IMG/VR virus record: IMGVR_UViG_3300025018_000260 | Coordinates: 1 to 41,071 of that record | Origin: a virus | Taxonomy: Duplodnaviria; Caudoviricetes | DNA length: 41,071 bases | Direction: 5' to 3' (one strand) | Part shown: positions 26,017-35,322 of the stretch, piece after piece | How positions within the stretch are numbered: position 1 is the first letter of the stretch | How the letters are laid out: each line of letters begins with the position of its first letter | Program-made: the position numbers and the translations under genes | Notes under the pieces: generated by a model | Seen by the model: only the letters and a program-made list of their open reading frames with translations | Databases searched by the model: none | Told to the model about the DNA's origin: nothing

Positions 26017-29000
26017 GTGCGATCGACACCCTGCGCAACCTGATCGGCAGCGAGCCGACGCCCGAGGACAGCGTGGACCTGGGGCGCGTGATCGTGCCGC
26101 CCCACATCAAGAAGGTCGGGCGCAAGTTGGTCCGCGTGGACGGCTACACCTACATCCGGCGCGGCGGCAAGACCTACCGGGTGAAGAAGGACCGCCCCGC
26201 CCGCAAGGACGTCCAGAAGGCCCCCACGACGCGCTCAGAGCCCGCCTCCGAGCCGATGATGCGTGAGGGGAACGTGGACACGCCCATGTCCATCAGCCCC
26301 GTAGCGGACCTCTCAGAGGCGTGGGGTGTGGTGAGCGGGGCCAAGGCGCACCTCATCAACATCCAGACCACCCAGCCCACCGCAGCAGGACGGCTGGACG
26401 CGCTCTCCTCGACCACGACGGTGGCCTACCTCAAGCAGCGCCGCAAGATCCTGCACACCGCCAACGACTTGGCCACGGCACCCAAGGGGACGCCCGAGAA
26501 CGCTCTCGACGCGGGCACCGCGACCAAGGGACAGAAGATCAGCGTGTCCCGCGAGCGCGGGCGCATCGAGACCCTGCTGCGCGCGAGCCACCTCAACAAC
26601 CGGCTCAAGAAGGGCACCATCACCGCCGAGGACGCGGAGAAGGAGTTGGAGTATCTGCGCTCGCGCATGGGCAACCAGCCCGTGAGCGCCAAGGACTCCA
26701 CGCCCAAGTACGTGAAGGTGTTCGGACCCGACTACCCCATCGACCCGTTCCCGCTGTTCGATGAACTGGAGATGCGCGTCGGGGCGTACACGTCTGATGA
26801 CGACGACGTGGATTGGATGAACGCCGACGAACTCGACTCCGCGTTCGGGACCGACGGCCTCGATCCCGATGTCGCCGAGATCGACCCCGACGCTGACGAC
26901 GTGACGGCGTACTACATCTCCCAGGCCGAGATGGTGCTGGGCGAGGCGTCGTACTTGAAGCCGGTCATCACTGCCGGACCCCCCGCGATGCACGAGGTCG
27001 CGGTGTTCCAGTCCCAGCCCGACGACATGGTCAAGGCGTTCGCGTCGGTGCTCAACGCCAAGCGTGTCGGGGTCACCGGCCCGAAGAAGATCTCCTACGT
27101 GCTGGAGACCAAGAACGAGGCGGGCCAGCCGCAGACCGTCTACATCAACTTCAAGGCCAGCACGATCTCGGTGCGCACCTACAACACGCCCCAGGAGGAG
27201 GCGACGTGGACGAAGTCGGTGTCGTGGTTCTCCTCCGCCCAGGTCGCCATCAACTTCGCGTCTGACACGCCCAACGGACCCGACTCCCCCAACGGGTTCA
27301 AGGTCGCCACGCCCAAGACCAAGCAGGAGATCACCGTCGAGGCGGGCATCGACCCCGACACCGCGTCCAAGCAGGAGTTGATGGCGTGGATCAAGTCCAA
27401 GGGCGGTGAGTACGTCGGCACTATGAGCAAGGAGCAGAACGCCGACTGGGTGAAGTACCACACCGGACTGGCCTCCTTCGACGACTCCCTCGACCTCAAG
27501 TACGGCCCCGGGACCCACGAGGAGCAGATCACGCATCTGGAGTCCCAGGCCAAGCAGAAGCAACTCGTGTCGAAGATCAAGGCGCTGGCCAACAAGGCGC
27601 TCAAGGAGAAGCAGGAGTCCGACGCGGACCCTGTCGAGCACCCGCTCGTGACGACCACGATGGCGGACGCCAAGGTGTACGCCGCGAAGAAGGCGCTGTA
27701 CCCCACCCTCTCCACTACGGGCTACAACCACGAGGACGGCTCCGAGTTGAAGCCGTACGCCTCCGAGCCCGGGCGCTGGTACCTCCAGAACGCCAGCGGG
27801 TCGAACTACCTCCTGACCACCGATCAGGTGCTGTCCCTGTTCGTGGACCCCAAGGCCACCTTCTACGGCCAGAAGGATCCCGCAGGCTGGACGCCCAAGC
27901 CGGGGTCCGCGCAGTCCTACCCCAAGGCGGTGATGAACGACTACCCGAGCATGGGGTCGAAGAAGGAGAGGAACGCGTGGATCAAGAAGCGCGGCGGGAT
28001 GTACCTCGCGCAGATGAGCGAGGAGGACAAGGGCCAGTGGGCGATGGCCTACGCCCTCGGTGACACGATCGGGGCCTACAACATCGAGGCGAAGTCCGCC
28101 GCGAAGGCGGGCTGGCAGCACAAGAACCGGTTCGCTGCTCCCGGGTCGCCGAACTCCTACCCCGGTAAGGCCGCGATCAAGGCGCAGAGCGACTTCCTCC
28201 TCACCCGCCCGTACGGCAAGTATCTGTTCGACGCCGACGGCGTGTGGCAGGGCGACCTGTCCAGCGTGTGGTGGAACGACACCGGGATGCCGGACGCCAT
28301 GGTCGTGCAGATGGCCGAGGACTTCGGCCTCGACGTGATGCTGCTGGAGTATCAGAAGGGACCCAACAAGGCGCAGTACCTGCGCCCGCTCGTGCGCGCG
28401 TGGGCCTACAACCGCCCCACCATGGCCATGAAGCCAACCGAGGGACTGGTCAGCGCGCTGACGGCCAACCCGGTGCCGGTGAAGATCGACAAGCCCGACT
28501 GGGTGAGCGTGGAGGCGTGGGAGTTCAGCGGCTACCTCGACGCGATCCCCGACACCGTCAACCCCTTCGTGACGCTCGCGCCCAAGATCGACGCCTTCAC
28601 TCCTGACGAGGTCGATCTCCTGATGACGACGATGTCGTTCTTCAAGGCCGTCGCGCAGCCGGAGTACGGCATCACCGAGGAGCAGATCAAGGCCGCACCC
28701 CTCAACGTGAAGAAGGGGCTGCTGTACGCCCTCGAAGGCGGAGACCCCTCGCTTCCCCCGCCGCCCGACGGGATGTTCGACTCCATCCTCACCAAGATCG
28801 GCAAGGGCAAGTACAGCCCGCAGTTCAGCGTCGAGGGTCCGCCGACGGTGACCGTGGTGACCGCGATCGCCGACGCCGCCAAGCCCGGGGGCGAGGGCTA
28901 CAACTTCGGCGGCAAGCAGTACCTCCTGCCGCTCAACGCCACCCCGATCGTCAACGACAAGGGCGAGTACGGCTTCGTGCTCAAGACCGACGACGGCTAC

Positions 29001-32000
29001 TACATGGGGCTGTACGACAAGGCGGGCGCGGCCAAGGAGATGACCGCCTCGAAGATGGACGACCTCGTCACCACGGGCGAGGTCAAGGTCATCACCAACC
29101 CCCAGAAGTGGGTGGAGCCCGTCGCCAGCCCGGTGCCGCAGACCAGTGCGTCTGGCGCAGCGGTGTACAAGGTCGGCGACAACGAGGTCACGCTCGCTCC
29201 TGGCGAGACCGCCTACGCCAGCATCAGCGGATCTCACGGCTACGTGATGAACGCCGACGGCTCCTACAAGACCTCGTTCGGGGCGGGCGCAGACCCCACC
29301 CTGTTCCAGGCGCAGTGGGGGGCCACCGACGACGGCGACATCACGGCGAAGTACACCAAGATCGACCCGCAGGCCACCGCTGAGGGTTCGACTCCGATGA
29401 CGTTCAAGCAGTCCCACGCGGGACACGAGTACGACGTCACCCTGCTGCCCGGCGAGATGCTGGTCACCTACGGCCTATTCATGTTCGTCATGCCGATCCA
29501 GACCGACACGTTCAGTACGGGCAAGTACACCAAGCACTCAGGCGGGGCCACGTTCACGGTGCCTGACGTCGCAGCCGACACGCTGATCAGCGGGACGACC
29601 GTCGCGCTGAACCCCGGCTACACCACGCAGACGAAGATCCCCGGCGAGGGCTTCGTCGGCAACATCGAACTCCAGCCCGGGTCCAAGGTGTTCATCAACA
29701 ACATGACCGGCTACGTGCTGGTGCGTCACCCCGACGGGTCGGGCAAGAAGTACTACGGATCGGGGATGGACCCCAAGGAGTTCGGCCCCGGGGAGATCCT
29801 GAGCGAGCAGGAACTGCTGGTGGGCCACAAGCCGCTGTTCCCGGGCGAGATGGCCGCGCTCAAGAACGAGACCCAGGTCACCCCGGCAGTGCCGGTTCCC
29901 TTCTCCGCGTACGAGGCCACGCTGGGGACGTCTGGCGACAAGGTGATGTGGGACTACGTCGAGAAGATCGAGGAGTCATCTGTCCAGGCTCTCCCCGCGA
30001 AGATCAAGCACCACTGGACCACCAAGGGCGACTCCGGGGTGGAGCAGGCCGTCGCCGATGGCTACTTGCACGCCAACGTGAAGCACGCTCCCCAGGCGGT
30101 GAAGGCCGTCGCTCTCGGGGGCGCGACCGACTCCTCCATCACGCTCAAGGACGCGCTGGAGATCATCAACTTCAAGGCCGCGCAGGGCCACTACGGCGGT
30201 GCGCCCGTTCCGAAGGCGGCAACCGCCGCAGCGAGCAGTGCTCCGCCCGACCCCAGCGACTGGGCCAAGCACGTCGCCCAGGGCCAGGTGGACGCCAAGT
30301 CGATCTACTCGCTGTGGCCGATGGAGTCGATCCAGGCGTACGCCGCGCACCACGGCATCGAACTCCAGCACGCTGCGTGGGACCAGGGCGCAGCCGACGA
30401 CATCGCGCTGCACCTCGCGGGCCAGCACCCCAGCCAACTCCCCGAGCCCGCGACGATCGCTCCCCAGGCACCCCCGGTGCTCAAGAAGGTCGCGCACAAG
30501 CAGGTCGGTGGGTTCCACAGCAAGTACTTCTGGGAGGACGAGCACGGCGGGGAGTGGATGTCCAAGCCCCACACCAGCGACCCCAACCAGCGACTGCGCG
30601 CCGAGATCGAGGACGCGGCCAACCGCGCAGGTCGGCTGTACGGCCTCGACAACCCCACCACCTACGCGATGGAGTTGGAGGGCCAGTGGTCCTTCGTGCA
30701 GGAGTTCCGACCCAAGGGCACCCAGCACGGTGGGGAGTTCGTTGGCGTGCAGCCGGGCGACATCACCGATGAGCAGTTGATCAAGGCGATGCAGGAGCAC
30801 GTCCTCGACTGGGCGATCTCCAACCACGACACCCACGAGGGCAACCTGCTCATCGACCCCGAGGGACAGGTCTACGGCATCGACAAGGGCCAGGCGTTCA
30901 AGTTCTTCGGCGAGGACGTGCTGGCGGTGGGCTACAAGCCTCCGGGCAACGGCGCGTACGTGTGGTACGACCGGTTCTACAAGCAGATCCAGCAGGGGCA
31001 GGTGAGCAAGGAGCGGCTGGACAAGGTCGCCGCCGCCGTGCTGGCCAAGGCCGAGGAGATGTCCTCGACCAAGGACGAGGAGTTCCGCGCGCTGCTGGAG
31101 GCCGGTCTTGAGCACCGTTCGAAGTGGGGCAAGTACAAGACCAAGGCGAAGTTCATCGACGCGATCATGGAGCGCAAGAAGGGCCTCAAGACCGACTTCG
31201 AGGACTTCTACCAGTCGCTGTACACCCAGGGGAACTACGGCACCCTCGTGCCGCCCGCGCCCGTGACCCCGCCCGTGGTTCAGACCAGCGCCACGTTCAC
31301 CCGTGCCGACGGCACCAAGGTGACCCGGGCCAAGCGGTTCTACTCCGGCGTGAGCGCGGAGTCGATCAAGGCGGTGTCCGACGCCAACGCCTTCGGTGTC
31401 CCGCTGTTCTTCGGGGGCACCGACGTCGAGGACGTGCACGCGCTGACCTTCGAGTCCAAGTCCCCCTCGGGGTCGCGCAACCTGCACAGCCACCTCAAGT
31501 TGCGCAAGGACGCCGACGCCAAGATGACCTCGTGGATCAAGTCCCACGATGTGGAGATCACCGGCAACGCCGTCCCGTCCCAGGTCACCGCTCCGCCCGA
31601 CCTCTCGCTGGTGTTGTACGGCAAGGACACGTGGTACTCCAAGATCGTGGAAGCCGCCAAGACGGTGAGCCACCACACCGTCGCTGACGCCGACGCCCCC
31701 TCGGGGTTCTCGCTGGACTCCAGCGGCTACAACGCCAGCACGATCGCGGCCTTCGAGGCGGTGGAGTCTGAGATCAGCGCTTCGCTGGCCGAGGTGAAGA
31801 AGCACATGTCGCAGAACTCCGCGCCCTACACCTCCACCTCGCCCAACCGGCCCACCTTCGTGACGCTGGACCAGCAGAAGGTGTGGGTCGAGATGGCCGA
31901 GCAGTACCTCGGGGACATCGCCAAGATCGAGGATGCGATGGTCTCGGTGACCAAGGCCCCCAAGATCGAGCCGTTCACCAAGGTCCCGAAGAAGCAGGCC

Positions 32001-33434
32001 CCCGTCGCGACCACCTACACCAACGCCCAGGGCGTGAAGTTGGACGTGCTGGAGGACGGCACCGGGGTGCTGTACGCGCCCGACAAGCCCGGCGTGGTGC
32101 TCGCGTCCAAGGCCGACATCGCCGAGGCGATCAAGACCTCCTCGCTCACCGAGGGCGAGGAGTCCAGCCTCGGGTCGATCGGCTCCCAGGCGATCAAGTT
32201 GTACAAGAAGTCCGCCAGCGGTCAGAGCGGATCGCTGGACCTCAAGACCGGCGCGCTCACCACCGGCAGCGCGCAGTCCAAGGGCTACACCGGGCAGATG
32301 TACGAGATCCACATTGGCGACGACGTGGTCATCGAGTACCAGCCGTGGAACGGCGAGGGCGTGCAGTTGAGCCAGCAGGGCCAGGTCAAGATCACGGTCA
32401 ACAACCACGACGGCAGCCCCGACGCGCTCCAGAGCGCCATCGACCTCCTCGATCAGATGGGCGTGGACATGCACCCCGCTGACGAACTGGACATGGAGAT
32501 CTTCTACTGGGAGCACCTGGCCAACATCCCGAAGGACCGGATGAAGGTCCCCAAGAAGGTGCAGGACGTGGTGGCCGAGATCAACAAGATGCCCGAGGGG
32601 CTGAGCCGCCTCCAGAAGGCGGAGTACCTGCGCAAGGCGTGGGTGATCTATCTCGGGGGCAAGCGCATGAAGGAGATCCAAGAGCAGAAGCGGTACATGC
32701 CGCGCTACCTCAACCCCGACCCCTCCTCGCCCGGGACCGAGGGCCAGGGACGGCCCACGTGGCTGCGTCCCGAGATCAACGCGTTCGAGTTGATCGACAA
32801 GATGAGCAAGCCGTGGACCGTGCATCAGGTCGCTGCGGGCGAGGTCACCCCTGGCGACCCGACCAACTCCGAGGAGCGGCGGAACTACCGCGCGATGCAG
32901 ATGGCGCTCACCGGAGGGATCCTGAGTACCGAGGAGCGGCTGCGGATGTACGGCCAGTACCTCACCGGCCTGTCCTCCTCCTCCGACCAGGGAACGGGTG
33001 GCGCAGCCTCGGTGTTCACCCGGCTCAACCAGGGTCCGTCCTCCCACACCCCCTACGTCGTGAGCAACCCGTTCAACCTGCTGCGCACCCACACCTACTC
33101 GTTCGCCCGCGACCGGTACGGACGGCTGAGCGCACGCCCGGGCGAGTCGCCCTACAGCCCCACCGCCTACATGAACTCCTTCACCGCGATCGACAACGAG
33201 ACCACGCCGAAGTACGGGCTCACGTGGGGTGATGACGTGGAGTTCATCACCTTCGCCCAGCCCAAGTACCGCGATGAGGCCATCGCTGCGCTCAAGGCGC
33301 GAGGAGTCACCCACATCCGGGGGCTCCCGGTGGAGCAGCGTCTGATCCTGTCCAAGGACAGCAACTCCGCTCTCCAGGCGCTCAAGGACCGGATGAAGGA
33401 GATCGCCGAGATGTTCGAGTACGGAGTCGAGTGA
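26013..33434 (+). CDS. Giant (2,473 aa) multidomain protein, probable internal/ejected virion protein, with PI3K/HipA-like kinase domain and probable C-terminal ADP-ribosyltransferase-fold domain
   Basis: RBS GGAGG, ATG at 26013 coupled to the MuF stop. Kinase motifs GGFHSK, WMSKP, E, DWAISNHDTHEGN, IDKG; C-terminal HQV...GGILS...VFTR...NETT. Confidence 0.8.
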   Translation: MSAIDTLRNLIGSEPTPEDSVDLGRVIVPPHIKKVGRKLVRVDGYTYIRRGGKTYRVKKDRPARKDVQKAPTTRSEPASEPMMREGNVDTPMSISPVADLSEAWGVVSGAKAHLINIQTTQPTAAGRLDALSSTTTVAYLKQRRKILHTANDLATAPKGTPENALDAGTATKGQKISVSRERGRIETLLRASHLNNRLKKGTITAEDAEKELEYLRSRMGNQPVSAKDSTPKYVKVFGPDYPIDPFPLFDELEMRVGAYTSDDDDVDWMNADELDSAFGTDGLDPDVAEIDPDADDVTAYYISQAEMVLGEASYLKPVITAGPPAMHEVAVFQSQPDDMVKAFASVLNAKRVGVTGPKKISYVLETKNEAGQPQTVYINFKASTISVRTYNTPQEEATWTKSVSWFSSAQVAINFASDTPNGPDSPNGFKVATPKTKQEITVEAGIDPDTASKQELMAWIKSKGGEYVGTMSKEQNADWVKYHTGLASFDDSLDLKYGPGTHEEQITHLESQAKQKQLVSKIKALANKALKEKQESDADPVEHPLVTTTMADAKVYAAKKALYPTLSTTGYNHEDGSELKPYASEPGRWYLQNASGSNYLLTTDQVLSLFVDPKATFYGQKDPAGWTPKPGSAQSYPKAVMNDYPSMGSKKERNAWIKKRGGMYLAQMSEEDKGQWAMAYALGDTIGAYNIEAKSAAKAGWQHKNRFAAPGSPNSYPGKAAIKAQSDFLLTRPYGKYLFDADGVWQGDLSSVWWNDTGMPDAMVVQMAEDFGLDVMLLEYQKGPNKAQYLRPLVRAWAYNRPTMAMKPTEGLVSALTANPVPVKIDKPDWVSVEAWEFSGYLDAIPDTVNPFVTLAPKIDAFTPDEVDLLMTTMSFFKAVAQPEYGITEEQIKAAPLNVKKGLLYALEGGDPSLPPPPDGMFDSILTKIGKGKYSPQFSVEGPPTVTVVTAIADAAKPGGEGYNFGGKQYLLPLNATPIVNDKGEYGFVLKTDDGYYMGLYDKAGAAKEMTASKMDDLVTTGEVKVITNPQKWVEPVASPVPQTSASGAAVYKVGDNEVTLAPGETAYASISGSHGYVMNADGSYKTSFGAGADPTLFQAQWGATDDGDITAKYTKIDPQATAEGSTPMTFKQSHAGHEYDVTLLPGEMLVTYGLFMFVMPIQTDTFSTGKYTKHSGGATFTVPDVAADTLISGTTVALNPGYTTQTKIPGEGFVGNIELQPGSKVFINNMTGYVLVRHPDGSGKKYYGSGMDPKEFGPGEILSEQELLVGHKPLFPGEMAALKNETQVTPAVPVPFSAYEATLGTSGDKVMWDYVEKIEESSVQALPAKIKHHWTTKGDSGVEQAVADGYLHANVKHAPQAVKAVALGGATDSSITLKDALEIINFKAAQGHYGGAPVPKAATAAASSAPPDPSDWAKHVAQGQVDAKSIYSLWPMESIQAYAAHHGIELQHAAWDQGAADDIALHLAGQHPSQLPEPATIAPQAPPVLKKVAHKQVGGFHSKYFWEDEHGGEWMSKPHTSDPNQRLRAEIEDAANRAGRLYGLDNPTTYAMELEGQWSFVQEFRPKGTQHGGEFVGVQPGDITDEQLIKAMQEHVLDWAISNHDTHEGNLLIDPEGQVYGIDKGQAFKFFGEDVLAVGYKPPGNGAYVWYDRFYKQIQQGQVSKERLDKVAAAVLAKAEEMSSTKDEEFRALLEAGLEHRSKWGKYKTKAKFIDAIMERKKGLKTDFEDFYQSLYTQGNYGTLVPPAPVTPPVVQTSATFTRADGTKVTRAKRFYSGVSAESIKAVSDANAFGVPLFFGGTDVEDVHALTFESKSPSGSRNLHSHLKLRKDADAKMTSWIKSHDVEITGNAVPSQVTAPPDLSLVLYGKDTWYSKIVEAAKTVSHHTVADADAPSGFSLDSSGYNASTIAAFEAVESEISASLAEVKKHMSQNSAPYTSTSPNRPTFVTLDQQKVWVEMAEQYLGDIAKIEDAMVSVTKAPKIEPFTKVPKKQAPVATTYTNAQGVKLDVLEDGTGVLYAPDKPGVVLASKADIAEAIKTSSLTEGEESSLGSIGSQAIKLYKKSASGQSGSLDLKTGALTTGSAQSKGYTGQMYEIHIGDDVVIEYQPWNGEGVQLSQQGQVKITVNNHDGSPDALQSAIDLLDQMGVDMHPADELDMEIFYWEHLANIPKDRMKVPKKVQDVVAEINKMPEGLSRLQKAEYLRKAWVIYLGGKRMKEIQEQKRYMPRYLNPDPSSPGTEGQGRPTWLRPEINAFELIDKMSKPWTVHQVAAGEVTPGDPTNSEERRNYRAMQMALTGGILSTEERLRMYGQYLTGLSSSSDQGTGGAASVFTRLNQGPSSHTPYVVSNPFNLLRTHTYSFARDRYGRLSARPGESPYSPTAYMNSFTAIDNETTPKYGLTWGDDVEFITFAQPKYRDEAIAALKARGVTHIRGLPVEQRLILSKDSNSALQALKDRMKEIAEMFEYGVE

Positions 33435-33853
33435 TGGACCTACCGACCACCCCAGAGCAGTGGACTGAGTGGGCCGAACCCGCCTTCCCGCAGGGCGTGA
33501 AGTTCAACTACGCGTCCTTCGGCGGACCCGGCGTGCGCGACGGTGATCCTGACGAGATCGGCTACGACGCCACGTCGCGCCTCATCGCACTGGATCACCC
33601 TCGTGAGCCCGGCGAGATCCTGCTCGTGCTGTACGGGCTGTACGCGGAGAACCCGCGCTACCTCCGCCCCACCAAGATCGAGCACGACCCCGAAGATGGG
33701 ACGTATCTGATGACGGGCAGCGCAATCGAGGGGGACTTCGAGTGGCTGGTCGCGCCGCTGCGCAAGAGCGACACCCACGCGCTGGACCGGATCAAGGAGT
33801 TCTCCAAGGCCGAGATGCTTCGGGACCGCTACTACAAGGAGATCCTGGCGTGA
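33431..33853 (+). CDS. Hypothetical acidic protein, candidate immunity/partner
   Basis: 140 aa, translationally coupled to the giant gene. Confidence 0.7.
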   Translation: MMDLPTTPEQWTEWAEPAFPQGVKFNYASFGGPGVRDGDPDEIGYDATSRLIALDHPREPGEILLVLYGLYAENPRYLRPTKIEHDPEDGTYLMTGSAIEGDFEWLVAPLRKSDTHALDRIKEFSKAEMLRDRYYKEILA

Positions 33854-34122
33854 AGATCCTCGTGCTACGCGTGACCCCCGCCAGCCCTCCCACGGCAGCG
33901 TGGTGGCCCGAAGGCGACGTGCTGATCGAGCACGTGATGATCGAGGACGACCCCGCGCTGGACCTCGCCCGGGAGATGCTGAGCAACAAGGCGATCGACG
34001 CGACGTGGGACAACCTGCTCCACCAGTACGGCAGGGGCGACCCCCGCGCGTTCGGCGTGTTCGAGTTGTACAAGGCAGAGGGTGACCCCCGGCGCTTCAT
34101 CGACTCGCTCACGCGCTCCTGA
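33850..34122 (+). CDS. Hypothetical protein (90 aa)
   Basis: GTGA coupling; MKILVLRVTPASPPTAAWWPEG... Confidence 0.65.
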   Translation: MKILVLRVTPASPPTAAWWPEGDVLIEHVMIEDDPALDLAREMLSNKAIDATWDNLLHQYGRGDPRAFGVFELYKAEGDPRRFIDSLTRS

Positions 34123-34134
34123 GCCGTTCTGGGG

Positions 34135-34158
34135 GTAGCGGAGGTGACATGCCGATGC
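34135..34158 (+). promoter_or_regulatory. Bipartite phage promoter GTAG-N12-GCCGATGC, probably giving a leaderless transcript
   Basis: ATG 34166 lies 7 nt after the motif with no RBS in between. Confidence 0.7.
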
Positions 34159-34165
34159 ACCGCCC

Positions 34166-35278
34166 ATGGGAACAACCTCCGCCATCATCCCCGCCCCGCG
34201 CGGTGAGTTCGTGCCGCTGTCCCGCAGCGCCACGGGTCGGCTGTTCCGCAAGCAGATCCTCCGCTTCGGGCAGTTCGCACACCCCAACATCCCCGGCGAG
34301 AAGATCACCTTCGATCGGCCCATGGCCGAGCGCATGAAGGCGAACTTCGCCAACAACGTGTGCGACATCGTCCAGATCCCCCTCGTGGACGGCGGCAACC
34401 GCCACACCGAGGACCCGCTCCGCAACCTCGGTGAGGTCGTGGACATCGACGTCACCGACGACGGCGTGTACGCGGTCATGGACATCCGCAAGGACGACGC
34501 CGCCGACGCGCTGGGCAAGACCCTCATCGGTGCCAGCGCGATGCTGCACATGAACTACACCGACACGCGCACCGGGCAGAAGGTCGGCCCGACGTTGCTC
34601 CACACCGCGATCACCAACCGCCCCTACATCACCGAGTTGGGGGACTTCCGAGAGATCGTGCGTGCGAGTGCCGATGCCCTCGGTGACGACCTCCCCATCG
34701 TCCTCAGCCACTTCACCTCAGAGGAGCAGACCATGGACAAGGATGCGCTGATCGCCGCGCTCCGCGACGAGCACGGGATCGACGTCCACGAGTTGAGCGA
34801 GAAGGCTGCGCTCGTGGACGAGATCGAGGACGACGATGCCGAGACCGGGGACGAACTGGTCTCCGCCCTCAGCGCCGTGCTGGAGAGCGCGGGCATCCTG
34901 TCGCTCTCGGGCAACGGCGAGGCCGTCACGATCAAGGACGTCGGCGAGGCCGTCATCGAACTCGCCGAGGAGAAGGTCGCCCTCTCCTCGCGTGTCGAGT
35001 CGCTGGAGAGCGAGCGCGACGAGGCCCGCCGCGCGGCTGCCGAGCAGCGCATCGACGGTCTCGTGGAGGAGGGCCGGATCCTCCCCAAGCAGCGCGACAC
35101 CATGCTCGCGCTCTCGATGAACGACCCCGAGACCTTCGAGGCCCTGCTCCCCGACACCTCGCTGGTCGCGATGAGCGAGTCCGGCTACACGGTGTCTGAC
35201 GACGCCTCGTCCTCGAAGTTCAAGACCGACATCGACCGCCTCGCACGCCTCGCCAACGGCGAGCCGGTCGAGTCCTAG
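34166..35278 (+). CDS. Capsid maturation protease/scaffold fusion (Mu gpI-like)
   Basis: GQFAHP, LLHTAITNRPYI protease motif; acidic helical C-terminal half with IDGLVEEGRILPKQ. Confidence 0.8.
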   Translation: MGTTSAIIPAPRGEFVPLSRSATGRLFRKQILRFGQFAHPNIPGEKITFDRPMAERMKANFANNVCDIVQIPLVDGGNRHTEDPLRNLGEVVDIDVTDDGVYAVMDIRKDDAADALGKTLIGASAMLHMNYTDTRTGQKVGPTLLHTAITNRPYITELGDFREIVRASADALGDDLPIVLSHFTSEEQTMDKDALIAALRDEHGIDVHELSEKAALVDEIEDDDAETGDELVSALSAVLESAGILSLSGNGEAVTIKDVGEAVIELAEEKVALSSRVESLESERDEARRAAAEQRIDGLVEEGRILPKQRDTMLALSMNDPETFEALLPDTSLVAMSESGYTVSDDASSSKFKTDIDRLARLANGEPVES

Positions 35279-35322
35279 AGACCCCGCCCCTCCAACCCCA
35301 CTCCTGAGAGGACTGACAGAAC

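Noticed and set aside
15246-33314. Very long minus-strand ORFs (e.g. 15246-18341, 26313-29426, 29976-33314)
   Set aside because: These are antisense shadows of high-GC3 plus-strand genes. They have no recognisable motifs and fully overlap well-supported CDSs.
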